Shown here: piece after piece, positions 18,115 to 26,162 of the stretch
Numbering within the stretch: position 1 is the first letter of the stretch
Layout of the letters: every line of letters starts with the position of its first letter
DNA from: an uncultured Nitrospirales bacterium
GTDB taxonomy: Bacteria > Hydrogenedentota > Hydrogenedentia > Hydrogenedentales > GCA-2746185
Assembly (NCBI GenBank): GCA_964467615.1
Contig: CAYXRK010000002.1
Coordinates: forward strand, 4,576 to 68,575
Direction: 5' to 3'
DNA: 64,000 nucleotides
Notes under the pieces: model-generated
Told to the model about the DNA's origin: nothing
What the model saw: the letters and a program-made list of their open reading frames with translations, nothing else
Databases searched by the model: none
Position numbers and translations under genes: made by a program

Positions 18115-19623
18115 TCAGTGGTGCTGCTTAATAGAATCCAGGCGCGGCACCGAGTAAGTGCCCATGCGGAGTTGGTCGAACATGCTGACTTCGGTCGAGA
18201 ATTCGCGCGCGGTTTCCAGATCGATTTCGCCCTTCTTCATGAGTTGAAACAGATAGGTCTCGAATAGAAATGAGTGGCTTATATTCTGCTGCATGCCGAT
18301 GCGAATGCCGTCGGTATCCCCCTCGAGAATCGCGTCGTTGATCGCCTTGATGTCGTTGAACATCACCTCGAGCGCAGGTACGCGGCCCCCGCCCTTGCGC
18401 GGTATCAAGCGTTGACAAATGATGCACTGGAGGCAATCGCGCAATTGAAGCTTCACGAGGTCGCGCTCGACCGGATCGAAGAAGGACACGACCCGGTTTA
18501 CGACTTCGCTCGCGCTGTTCGCGTGGAGCGTGCTCAGGACGAGGTGGCCCGTCGCGGCGGCGCCAATCGCCGAGCGGATCGTGTCGGGGTCGCGCATTTC
18601 ACCGATAACGATCACGTCGGGATCGTGTCGCAGGGCGGCGCGGACGCCTTCGTTGAACGAAAGTACGTCTGGCCCTAGGCCGCGCTGGCTAATCATGGCG
18701 CGTTTATTGTGATGGACGTACTCGACGGGGTTTTCGAGAGAAAGAATGTGGACGCTTTTGTGCGTATTAATCCAATCCACCAGCGCGGCCGCGGTAGTGG
18801 TTTTTCCGGACCCCGTCATGCCGGTGATCAGTAGGAGCCCCCGATGAAGCTTCGCCAGTTCCAACATCGTCTCGGAGGGAATGTTGAGATCCTCGAACGA
18901 CGGAATCTGTTCAGGCAGGAACCGCAACGTAACGTGCGGCGCGCCGGACTTTATGAAGGCGGACACGCGCGCATAGCCGATTACAACCTGGTGAAAGCTA
19001 AAGCTGCACTGCTTTGCCCGCTCGAATTCCCTCCATTCCGCTTCCGGCGCCATCGTCTCGATAAGCGTGCTGATTTGCGCGCCCGACATCGCCGGCATCA
19101 GATCCGAATGGCGTACCTGACCATCGACGCGAAACAACGGCCGCTCGCCGGCGGCGAGATGCACATCGCTCGCCTTGTATTGAAGCATCGCCTGAAACAG
19201 CGTCTCGATGCTGACCGGATCAGCGCGATATCGCGACCCCTCGGCCCGCCATACCTCGGGCAGCGACATCGCCTTGCTGAGCGTGTCCACGGCGATCTTT
19301 CCCGCCTCGTAGTCGTTCGACGCGCGAGGCGGGCAGAAGAACCGGTAGTGTTCCTCGTCCTCGGCCAATTCGCAGGTCTCGCCGAGTTCGCGCGCCCTGG
19401 CGAGCATCGCCTCCAATCGCTTCGTGTCAGATTTTTTGACCGCTATGGCGTACGTTCCGAATTCGCCTTCGTAGCCGCCACGCTTGGCGATAAATTCCAG
19501 CGACTCGGCCCAACCGGATATCTGCCTTGGCGCGCCCTCTATCCGCCGAAACTGGGCGTCAGCGGTCGCGACCACATCGCGCAGGCTCTCCTTTCGTCCC
19601 ACACCGATCACGATCTCGGGCAT
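18115..19623 (-). CDS. PilT/PilU family type IV pilus ATPase with an N-terminal extension
   Basis: ASDVHL, Walker A GMTGSGKTT, ENPVE Asp box, Walker B VIVIGEMRD, His box TGHLVLSTLHANS. Confidence 0.92.
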   Translation of the reverse strand: MPEIVIGVGRKESLRDVVATADAQFRRIEGAPRQISGWAESLEFIAKRGGYEGEFGTYAIAVKKSDTKRLEAMLARARELGETCELAEDEEHYRFFCPPRASNDYEAGKIAVDTLSKAMSLPEVWRAEGSRYRADPVSIETLFQAMLQYKASDVHLAAGERPLFRVDGQVRHSDLMPAMSGAQISTLIETMAPEAEWREFERAKQCSFSFHQVVIGYARVSAFIKSGAPHVTLRFLPEQIPSFEDLNIPSETMLELAKLHRGLLLITGMTGSGKTTTAAALVDWINTHKSVHILSLENPVEYVHHNKRAMISQRGLGPDVLSFNEGVRAALRHDPDVIVIGEMRDPDTIRSAIGAAATGHLVLSTLHANSASEVVNRVVSFFDPVERDLVKLQLRDCLQCIICQRLIPRKGGGRVPALEVMFNDIKAINDAILEGDTDGIRIGMQQNISHSFLFETYLFQLMKKGEIDLETAREFSTEVSMFDQLRMGTYSVPRLDSIKQHH

Positions 19624-19890
19624 AGTTGGTCTTCCTCCGCCAGAACGCGGTACGGGTTGAGTTGGATATCGAACCCACTATAGACGCCAATTTCGCCCGC
19701 GGTAAAGCGGCGCCCGGTGCAACGCGGCAGGATCCATCCATGCATAGCAGTCGGCGCACTTTCCGTCTACTCGATGTCGGGCAGCGCTCGCCGCCGGGCC
19801 GGAATGACCTCTGCGGATGAGATGTTACCTGCACGTATCGTAGAATGTGACTTCCCCGCCGGTAATAACACGAAACGAGTCTGCCCTTCC

Positions 19891-21240
19891 ATGTCGCTGT
19901 TCTCGCGCAAATCATCAGGCGACGGCCCCACCGAGGCGCAAGTCCTCGACTCGATGCGTCACATCATTGACCCGGACCTCGGCAAGGATATCGTCAGCCT
20001 CGGTTTCATCAAGGCCCTGAAAATCGACGGCGGCGACGTGTCGTTTACCGTCGAACTCACGACGCCCGCCTGCCCGGTCAAGGAACAGTTTCGCACGGAC
20101 TGCGAGAAGGCGGTGAAGAAACTTCCAGGAGTGAAGTCCGTCCACGTCGAAATGAGCGCGATGGAACGACAGAAACGTCCCGGCAGCGATATCAACACGC
20201 TCACGCGAGTTGATTCGGTGATTGCGGTATCGTCATGCAAGGGTGGCGTTGGCAAGTCGACCATCGCGGCGCAACTCGCCCGGCAGCTTCAGCGCGAGGG
20301 CCTGCGCGTCGGCCTGCTCGACACGGACATCTACGGGCCTAGCATCCCTACGCTGTTCAACCTTCATCGCCCGCAACTTATGATGCGCGAGAACATGCTC
20401 ATTCCAGCGGTGGCGGACGGCCTCAAACTGATGTCGCTGGGCTTCGTGATGGGCGACTCGCCCGCGGTCATGCGCGGCCCGATGGTTTCGGGGTACGTGC
20501 AACAAATCCTGCACCAAACGGACTGGGGCGACCTCGACTACCTAATTGTCGACATGCCTCCGGGCACCGGCGATATCCAACTCACACTGGTGCAACAGGC
20601 CGCGCTCGATGGGGCGATCATTGTCACGACGCCGCACTCGTTGTCGCTCGTTGACGTCTCTCGCGGGATACTCATGTTCGAGAAGGTCAACGTACCGGTG
20701 CTGGGCATCGTCGAGAACATGTCTTATTTCCTGTGTCCCAAGTGCGAAGACAAGCATTACATTTTCGGTCGGCCCGGAAAGGCGTTAAAGGACCGATTTG
20801 GTTTGAATACGTTGGCCGAATTTCCGATCGTCGATGGTATCTCGAGCCTGGAAGGCCGCAACGCCGGGGCCAATCTCGCGCCCGTGCGGGAACTCGCTGA
20901 CAATCTCCACCGCGCGGTTGGCAAGAGCCGGGTGGCCAAGTCTGCGTTGCCGATTGTGACGGCGAAACCGGGCGTCATCCACGTGAAATGGCCCGACGGG
21001 ACGCAGTCCTCGCTCCCCGCCCGCGACGTTCGGACGTCATGCCAATGCGCCCAATGCGTACACGAGTTTACCGGCGAACAAATTCTCGACCCGTCGCGCA
21101 TCTCGCCGGACATTCAGGCGAAGGCCATCGAGCCGCTCGGGAACTACGCGGTGTCTATCGTCTGGAACGACGGGCACTCGTCTGGGATATTCACCTGGGA
21201 CCACTTGAAGGAAGTCGCGGGCGCCGTTGCCGCCGTCTGA
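19891..21240 (+). CDS. Mrp/ApbC/NBP35 Fe-S cluster carrier with N-terminal DUF59 and C-terminal DUF971 (HCF101-like architecture)
   Basis: IIDPDLGKDIV and TTPACP (DUF59); SCKGGVGKS deviant Walker A; DMPPGTGD; CPKC; C-terminal CQCAQC and GNYAVSIVWNDGHSSGIF. Start moved to ATG 19891. Confidence 0.92.
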   Translation: MSLFSRKSSGDGPTEAQVLDSMRHIIDPDLGKDIVSLGFIKALKIDGGDVSFTVELTTPACPVKEQFRTDCEKAVKKLPGVKSVHVEMSAMERQKRPGSDINTLTRVDSVIAVSSCKGGVGKSTIAAQLARQLQREGLRVGLLDTDIYGPSIPTLFNLHRPQLMMRENMLIPAVADGLKLMSLGFVMGDSPAVMRGPMVSGYVQQILHQTDWGDLDYLIVDMPPGTGDIQLTLVQQAALDGAIIVTTPHSLSLVDVSRGILMFEKVNVPVLGIVENMSYFLCPKCEDKHYIFGRPGKALKDRFGLNTLAEFPIVDGISSLEGRNAGANLAPVRELADNLHRAVGKSRVAKSALPIVTAKPGVIHVKWPDGTQSSLPARDVRTSCQCAQCVHEFTGEQILDPSRISPDIQAKAIEPLGNYAVSIVWNDGHSSGIFTWDHLKEVAGAVAAV

Positions 21241-21329
21241 TGACGCCACACGCGAGACTGGTGTAAGATTTCACGATGTGCTTTCTGTATTGTTGGCTAT
21301 GACTATCCTGACCGGCGAGGAGAATTCGT

Positions 21330-22247
21330 ATGGGTCCGCAAACGCGCAGGGATTTTCTCAAGACTTCGGCGATGGGCGCCGCGGCAGCAGCGGCGGGCGG
21401 TAGCACCGTGGGCGCCGCGAAACGCGAGTTCGACATTTCCCTCGCGGGCTGGTCGCTTCACCGTAGCATCGGGAAGCAAGCCGGCAAGATTCCCATGCTC
21501 GACATGCCGCGGCTCGCGCGCGAGGAATTTGGCATCGGGGCCGTCGAGCTGGTCAGCACGATGCTGGCGTCGACGGAAAGCGACTACGTCAAGGATCTCA
21601 TCAAACGCGCCGAACAATACAAGGTCGCTATCAAGCTCATCATGATCGATGGTCAGGGTTCCATCGGCGCGGACAACGAGGACGCGCGCGAATCGGCCGT
21701 CAAGAACCATAAACAATGGATCGACATGGCGGCCGAAATGGGATGCCACTCGATTCGCATGAATTGGGTCGGTGGCCCGAAAGAGGTATCGGGCAACGAC
21801 GCCGAAATCGACTCGTTTATCAAGCGGTCCGTCGGCCCGTTCCGTGAGTTGTGCGACTACGGCGACTCGAAGAAACTCTACGTCATTATCGAGAACCACG
21901 GCGGGCCATCTTCGTACCCGGCTGTGATGGAAAAGTTGATGAAGGCCGTGGACCATCCGCGATTCGGCACGCTGCCGGACTTCGGCAACTTCCCCGCGGA
22001 AGTGGACATTTACGACGCGATAGACCGGCTGATGGTCTTCGCAAAGATGGCCGTGAGCGCGAAGTGTTACGACTTCGACGACAAGACTGGCGACGAGACG
22101 AAACTAGACTACCCGCGCCTGATCTCGAACGTTGTCGACAAGCACGGCTACCACGGATTCATAGGCATCGAATACGAAGGCAACCGGCTTAGCGAGTTCG
22201 ACGGCATCAAGGCCTGCAAGAAGTTGCTCGACAAACTGCGTGGATGA
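21330..22247 (+). CDS. Tat-exported sugar phosphate isomerase/epimerase (AP endonuclease 2 TIM barrel)
   Basis: RRDFLK twin-arginine signal; IENHGG, PDFGNF, SAK, GIEYEG metal-site motifs. Confidence 0.9.
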   Translation: MGPQTRRDFLKTSAMGAAAAAAGGSTVGAAKREFDISLAGWSLHRSIGKQAGKIPMLDMPRLAREEFGIGAVELVSTMLASTESDYVKDLIKRAEQYKVAIKLIMIDGQGSIGADNEDARESAVKNHKQWIDMAAEMGCHSIRMNWVGGPKEVSGNDAEIDSFIKRSVGPFRELCDYGDSKKLYVIIENHGGPSSYPAVMEKLMKAVDHPRFGTLPDFGNFPAEVDIYDAIDRLMVFAKMAVSAKCYDFDDKTGDETKLDYPRLISNVVDKHGYHGFIGIEYEGNRLSEFDGIKACKKLLDKLRG

Positions 22248-22271
22248 AGCTCGAAGCGGCGACTGCGACAG

Positions 22272-23519
22272 TCAACCTTTTTCGATGAAGTCGGCCGTCG
22301 CGCGTTGGAGCGTTTCGTAGTTTAGGTGCATGACGGTGGACAGTGCCGTCTCCGGCGCCGCGCCGTTTCCCAATTCGGCCAAATAGGCGGCTACGACCCG
22401 CATCCCGAAGCGCGACTGTAAGTAGGCGACCGTCGCGTGCGATTGCCGGTACGCCAATTGCAGCGTCTCGGGATCGAGTTTCTCGAGCTGGCCTTCCTCC
22501 ATATCTTTCAGCGCGAACAACTGCCGCTCAACCCGGGCCCGGCGCAGGAACTCGAAGAAGCCGCCGGTCATCTCACGTGACATCGTCTCCGCAATACCCT
22601 CGTTGAACCACCACGGCGCGTTGTTCTTAGCAACCTGGCGCACTACAACATGCACGTACTCGTGGGTCAACCGCTGCTCAAGTTCGTCCCGTTGGATCTT
22701 GTTGCCGTGCAAATCTTCGACCGGCACTCGGATTTTCGTGCCATCGTAGAGCGCGCCGACGTGTTCGCCCATGCGCGTCGCGTCAGAAAAGTCTGTCGCG
22801 CTGTACAGCGTTACCTGGATTGGGCCAGGCGGATACACCGCGCCTAGATCGCGGCCGATGTCACGCCGCGCGTGTTCCAACATCGTGAGGATCTCGCGGA
22901 CCTCCGCCCATTGCGTTCCTTGCGCGAACGTAATTTGGAAGTTTCGGGACCGGTCTTCCTGGAATTGATTTTCGATGGACTCCTGGCGCGTAGCCTGTTC
23001 GAGTCGATCCGCGAGGCCTTTTCGCTCTGGGTCGACCGCGTGCACCCACTCCCATTGATCGAGCGCACTGGCAGCGTCGTTGTCCTTGAAGTAGGCCTCG
23101 CCGAGCAGAAAATGGGCATCCGCGCTTTTCGGTTCCAGTTCAATCGCTTCTTCGAGCCGGAAGATCGCTTCGTGCACCAGACCTTCCTGGAGGTAATACG
23201 CGCCGACTTGAATGAGCGGTTGCGCGTTTCCGGGGTCAACTTGGACCGCCGCTTCGAGATATTCGATCGCGCCTACGAATTGGTTTCCTTTCGCCAATTC
23301 GTTCCCGGCCGCTTGATAGGCGTTCGCTAGGTTGCGCTTGACGGTCTCGTTGTCCGGCGCGAGCTTCATCGCTTGTTCAAACGCGACAATCGCGTCTTCA
23401 TAAAGGGCGGCGTTGTAGTATTCGATGCCGCGCGAATTGTAGTCTGCGGGCGTCTCCGCCGCTTCGGAAAACGGGCCCGCCAAAGCCAGTAGAACGACCA
23501 GTAAGCCTTGCCGCAACAT
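22272..23519 (-). CDS. Secreted TPR protein with a C-terminal peptidase MA-like (gluzincin) domain
   Basis: Signal peptide, TPR repeats, HEYVH and WFNEGIAE. Confidence 0.85.
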   Translation of the reverse strand: MLRQGLLVVLLALAGPFSEAAETPADYNSRGIEYYNAALYEDAIVAFEQAMKLAPDNETVKRNLANAYQAAGNELAKGNQFVGAIEYLEAAVQVDPGNAQPLIQVGAYYLQEGLVHEAIFRLEEAIELEPKSADAHFLLGEAYFKDNDAASALDQWEWVHAVDPERKGLADRLEQATRQESIENQFQEDRSRNFQITFAQGTQWAEVREILTMLEHARRDIGRDLGAVYPPGPIQVTLYSATDFSDATRMGEHVGALYDGTKIRVPVEDLHGNKIQRDELEQRLTHEYVHVVVRQVAKNNAPWWFNEGIAETMSREMTGGFFEFLRRARVERQLFALKDMEEGQLEKLDPETLQLAYRQSHATVAYLQSRFGMRVVAAYLAELGNGAAPETALSTVMHLNYETLQRATADFIEKG

Positions 23520-23538
23520 CGTATTCAGGGGCCTTGAT

Positions 23539-23925
23539 CTATCGCCGAGGAAGCACGGCCACGCATTCGACTTCGACTTGGAAGTCGAACGGCAAGCGGC
23601 CCGCTTGAATGCAACTTCGCGCGGGACGCTCTTCCATGAAGTACTCCTTGTATATCTCGTTAAACGCGCCGAACTTGTCCATGTCTGACAGGAACACCAA
23701 CACCTTTACGACATGCGGCAACCCGGATCCCGCGGCCTCGAGTACCGCCTTAACGTTGTCCAAGGCCTGACGCGCCTCGGCTTCGAAGTCCCCCTTCACC
23801 GCGGTACCATCGGGCTTCATCGGTACCTGTCCCGAGATAAACAACAAGTCCCCAGCGGCGACCGCCAACGAATAAGGCGACTTCGGTCCGCCAATTCCGG
23901 GCGTCGGCACAACTCTTTTTTCCAT
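23539..23925 (-). CDS. ridA: RidA family enamine/imine deaminase
   Basis: PYSLAV, LFISGQVP, conserved RPARS arginine, VEVE; start reassigned to ATG 23925 (GGGGAG RBS). Confidence 0.9.
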   Translation of the reverse strand: MEKRVVPTPGIGGPKSPYSLAVAAGDLLFISGQVPMKPDGTAVKGDFEAEARQALDNVKAVLEAAGSGLPHVVKVLVFLSDMDKFGAFNEIYKEYFMEERPARSCIQAGRLPFDFQVEVECVAVLPRR

Positions 23926-23999
23926 GAATGCTCCCCTTGGCGCGGCCGTGCGCGTGTCGACGAATTCTACCATATCGACGGCGCGCCCGGGCCAATGCA

Positions 24000-24031
24000 T
24001 TGTCATATATATAACATATATTATATGACAA
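24000..24031. promoter_or_regulatory. AT-rich inverted repeat, operator-like
   Basis: TTGTCATATA (24000-24009) / TATATGACAA (24022-24031), perfect 10-bp arms with a 12-bp AT-rich spacer, ~75 bp upstream of ridA. Confidence 0.55.
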
Positions 24032-24167
24032 GAGTTATTGCGTAAGCCATACGGATTGCATACCCTGGATTACAGCCCATGAACGGCCTCGCCCTCGGTT
24101 CACGACGTCGCTGTGCCCTCGCAACAACGCCAGCATATTCAGTCAGCCACCACAATATACTGTATAG

Positions 24168-24197
24168 TTGACAACCATATACACCGTATGTTCTAAT
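24168..24197 (+). promoter_or_regulatory. Sigma70-type promoter
   Basis: TTGACA (24168-24173), 18-bp spacer containing TG, TCTAAT (24192-24197). Confidence 0.6.
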
Positions 24198-24203
24198 TCG
24201 TAC

Positions 24204-24365
24204 CAGGAAGATTCGCCGGTGGTGGCCGGGTGGCGTTGCTGGGGGGACGTGAAGCTCAACGCCGCCTGGAAGCGTCTCGCGGGGATAACGAGACGGCCCG
24301 TTTTGGTCTTCCATGGGGGTTTCCATAGAGTTCTGAGCGGCCCTAGCGGCCGCTCATCGCTTTTT
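24204..24365 (+). ncRNA. Candidate structured non-coding RNA or leader (family unknown)
   Basis: Closing helix 24206-24213/24305-24312, 13-bp helix 24226-24238/24257-24269, 7-bp hairpin 24273-24279/24289-24295; bounded by a promoter and a terminator; no credible ORF. Confidence 0.5.
24334..24365 (+). terminator. Rho-independent terminator
   Basis: TGAGCGGCC / GGCCGCTCA 9-bp stem, 5-nt loop, then TCGCTTTTT. Confidence 0.7.
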
Positions 24366-24407
24366 GGGCCTGTGCGTTTCGAGCAGGTCGTCCGATAGAC
24401 TGCCAAC

Positions 24408-26153
24408 ATGCGTCACGCCGCCGCTTGCGTCCTGCTCCTGGCCCTCGTCATCTATGTATTCGTCGACGTGTTCGCGTTCAATTTTGTCGATTTCGATGAC
24501 AATGTTTACCTGACCGAGAACGCGCGGATTGCGGACGGCCTGACCTGGTCCAACATTCGCTGGGCGTTCGAGACGAACTACCATTCCAACTGGCACCCGC
24601 TCACCTGGCTCTCGTACCTCGCCGAGATTCAGCTGTTCGGCCTTGACCCCGGCGTCATGCACGTTACCAATGTGCTCATTCACGGGATGAACGCGGTACT
24701 CGCGTACGCGTTGCTCTATTGGCTCACGAGACACTTCGGCCCTAGTCTGCTCGTCGCCGCTCTTTTCGCGGTCCACCCGCTCCACGTGGAATCCGTCGCG
24801 TGGATTTCCGAGCGCAAGGATGTACTTTCCACTGGCTTCGGCTTGCTCTCAATACTGGCTTACACAGTATCCCGGGCAGAGGGTACGCGCCGCAGAACGG
24901 CGATTTACTGCGCGAGCGTCCTCCTGTACGCATGCAGCCTCGCGTCGAAACCGATGCTCGTTACCATGCCCGTACTCTTGCTCCTTCTCGATTACTGGCC
25001 GCTCGGCAGACTGCGGCGAACGGTGTTGGTCGAGAAAGTTCCGTACGCCGCGCTTGCGTTGGTGGCGGCATGGATAACACTGGCAGTGCAAGGTGCCGGC
25101 AGCAGCGTACAGAGTTTTGAAATCATTCCAATGCCGCAACGACTCACGAACGCCGTGCATGCATGCGGGATGTACCTTGGTCACACCGTCTGGCCCGCGG
25201 AGTTGGCGGTGTTCTACCCCCATCCCCGCGGCTCGCTCAACACCGGAACCGTCGTGGCGTGTGCCACCCTTCTCTTTGCGTTGACCGTTTTCGCATGGCG
25301 CATGCGTCGACGCGCGCCGTGGCTTTGGTCCGGCTGGCTTTGGTTCGCCGTGTCGCTGGCGCCGGTTATCGGCATCGTCCAAGTCGGCGGCCAGGCCTAC
25401 GCCGACCGCTACACCTATGTGCCGCTCATCGGCGTGTTCGCGGGCATCGCCTGGACTGTGCTCGGTGCCCGCCCGCTCATGCGCCAACTCGACCTCGCCG
25501 CGCTCGGTGCCGCGGCCGTCGTCGCGCTTGCCGTCACCGCGCGCGCACAAACAGCCCACTGGGAGAATACCGAAACACTGTTCGCGCATGCCGCTGCTGT
25601 CACTGAACGTAACGTTCTCGCATCGGACATCCTCGGCCGCTACTATTTTGACCACGACCGGCTCCGCGAATCCGAGGAAGCATTTCGCGCCGCTCTGGCG
25701 ATCAATACGGAGTACCCGAAAGGAAAGCGCGACCTCGGCCAGGTACTGCTTGCGCGAAACGAGACCCGCGAGGCCGTGCTCGTGTTGGAGGACGCGATCG
25801 AACTCTGGCCGGATGACGCCTCGGCGCATGCCTTACTCGCCCAAGGCTACAACCAAGCCGGTGACTCCTCAGCCGCCGCGCGCGAATACGGGCGCGCGAT
25901 AGAACTCAGCGCGGGCGGCGCTGCCCTGTTCACCGCATACGGCAACGTCCTCGCGCGCCTGGATCGTCTTGATGACGCGCTCGAACAATACGACGACGCC
26001 ATCGCGCAGGATCCCGCCTACGCCCTCGCCCACTTCAACCGTGGCAGCGCCCTGAAACTCTTGGGCCGAGATCCGGAGGCGGGCGAAGCATTTGGCCGCG
26101 CGAGCGCACTAGACCCGGAACTCGCCGACGCAGCGGATCTGCTTCGCCGTTAA
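24408..26153 (+). CDS. TMTC-like GT-C membrane glycosyltransferase with C-terminal TPRs
   Basis: FDDNVY in the first loop, WHPLTWLSY, HPLHVESVAWISERKD, ADRYTYVP; many TM helices, then TPRs. Confidence 0.85.
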   Translation: MRHAAACVLLLALVIYVFVDVFAFNFVDFDDNVYLTENARIADGLTWSNIRWAFETNYHSNWHPLTWLSYLAEIQLFGLDPGVMHVTNVLIHGMNAVLAYALLYWLTRHFGPSLLVAALFAVHPLHVESVAWISERKDVLSTGFGLLSILAYTVSRAEGTRRRTAIYCASVLLYACSLASKPMLVTMPVLLLLLDYWPLGRLRRTVLVEKVPYAALALVAAWITLAVQGAGSSVQSFEIIPMPQRLTNAVHACGMYLGHTVWPAELAVFYPHPRGSLNTGTVVACATLLFALTVFAWRMRRRAPWLWSGWLWFAVSLAPVIGIVQVGGQAYADRYTYVPLIGVFAGIAWTVLGARPLMRQLDLAALGAAAVVALAVTARAQTAHWENTETLFAHAAAVTERNVLASDILGRYYFDHDRLRESEEAFRAALAINTEYPKGKRDLGQVLLARNETREAVLVLEDAIELWPDDASAHALLAQGYNQAGDSSAAAREYGRAIELSAGGAALFTAYGNVLARLDRLDDALEQYDDAIAQDPAYALAHFNRGSALKLLGRDPEAGEAFGRASALDPELADAADLLRR

Positions 26154-26162
26154 TCGACACTG

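Noticed and set aside
24156-24175. CTGTATAGTTGACAAC as a possible SOS box
   Set aside because: The right half is not ACAG, and the LexA motif for this lineage is unknown to me.
24277-24290. GCGGGGATAA resembling the 3' end of a type I-E CRISPR repeat
   Set aside because: Single occurrence, no array and no cas genes.
24206-24313. tRNA-Sec-like ends (GGAAGAT...TCTTCC) in the candidate RNA
   Set aside because: No TCA anticodon stem-loop and no TTCG T-arm; not a tRNA.
24021-24409. Short ORFs of 76-101 aa in the ridA/TMTC intergenic region
   Set aside because: No RBS or recognisable composition; they overlap the promoter and hairpin elements.
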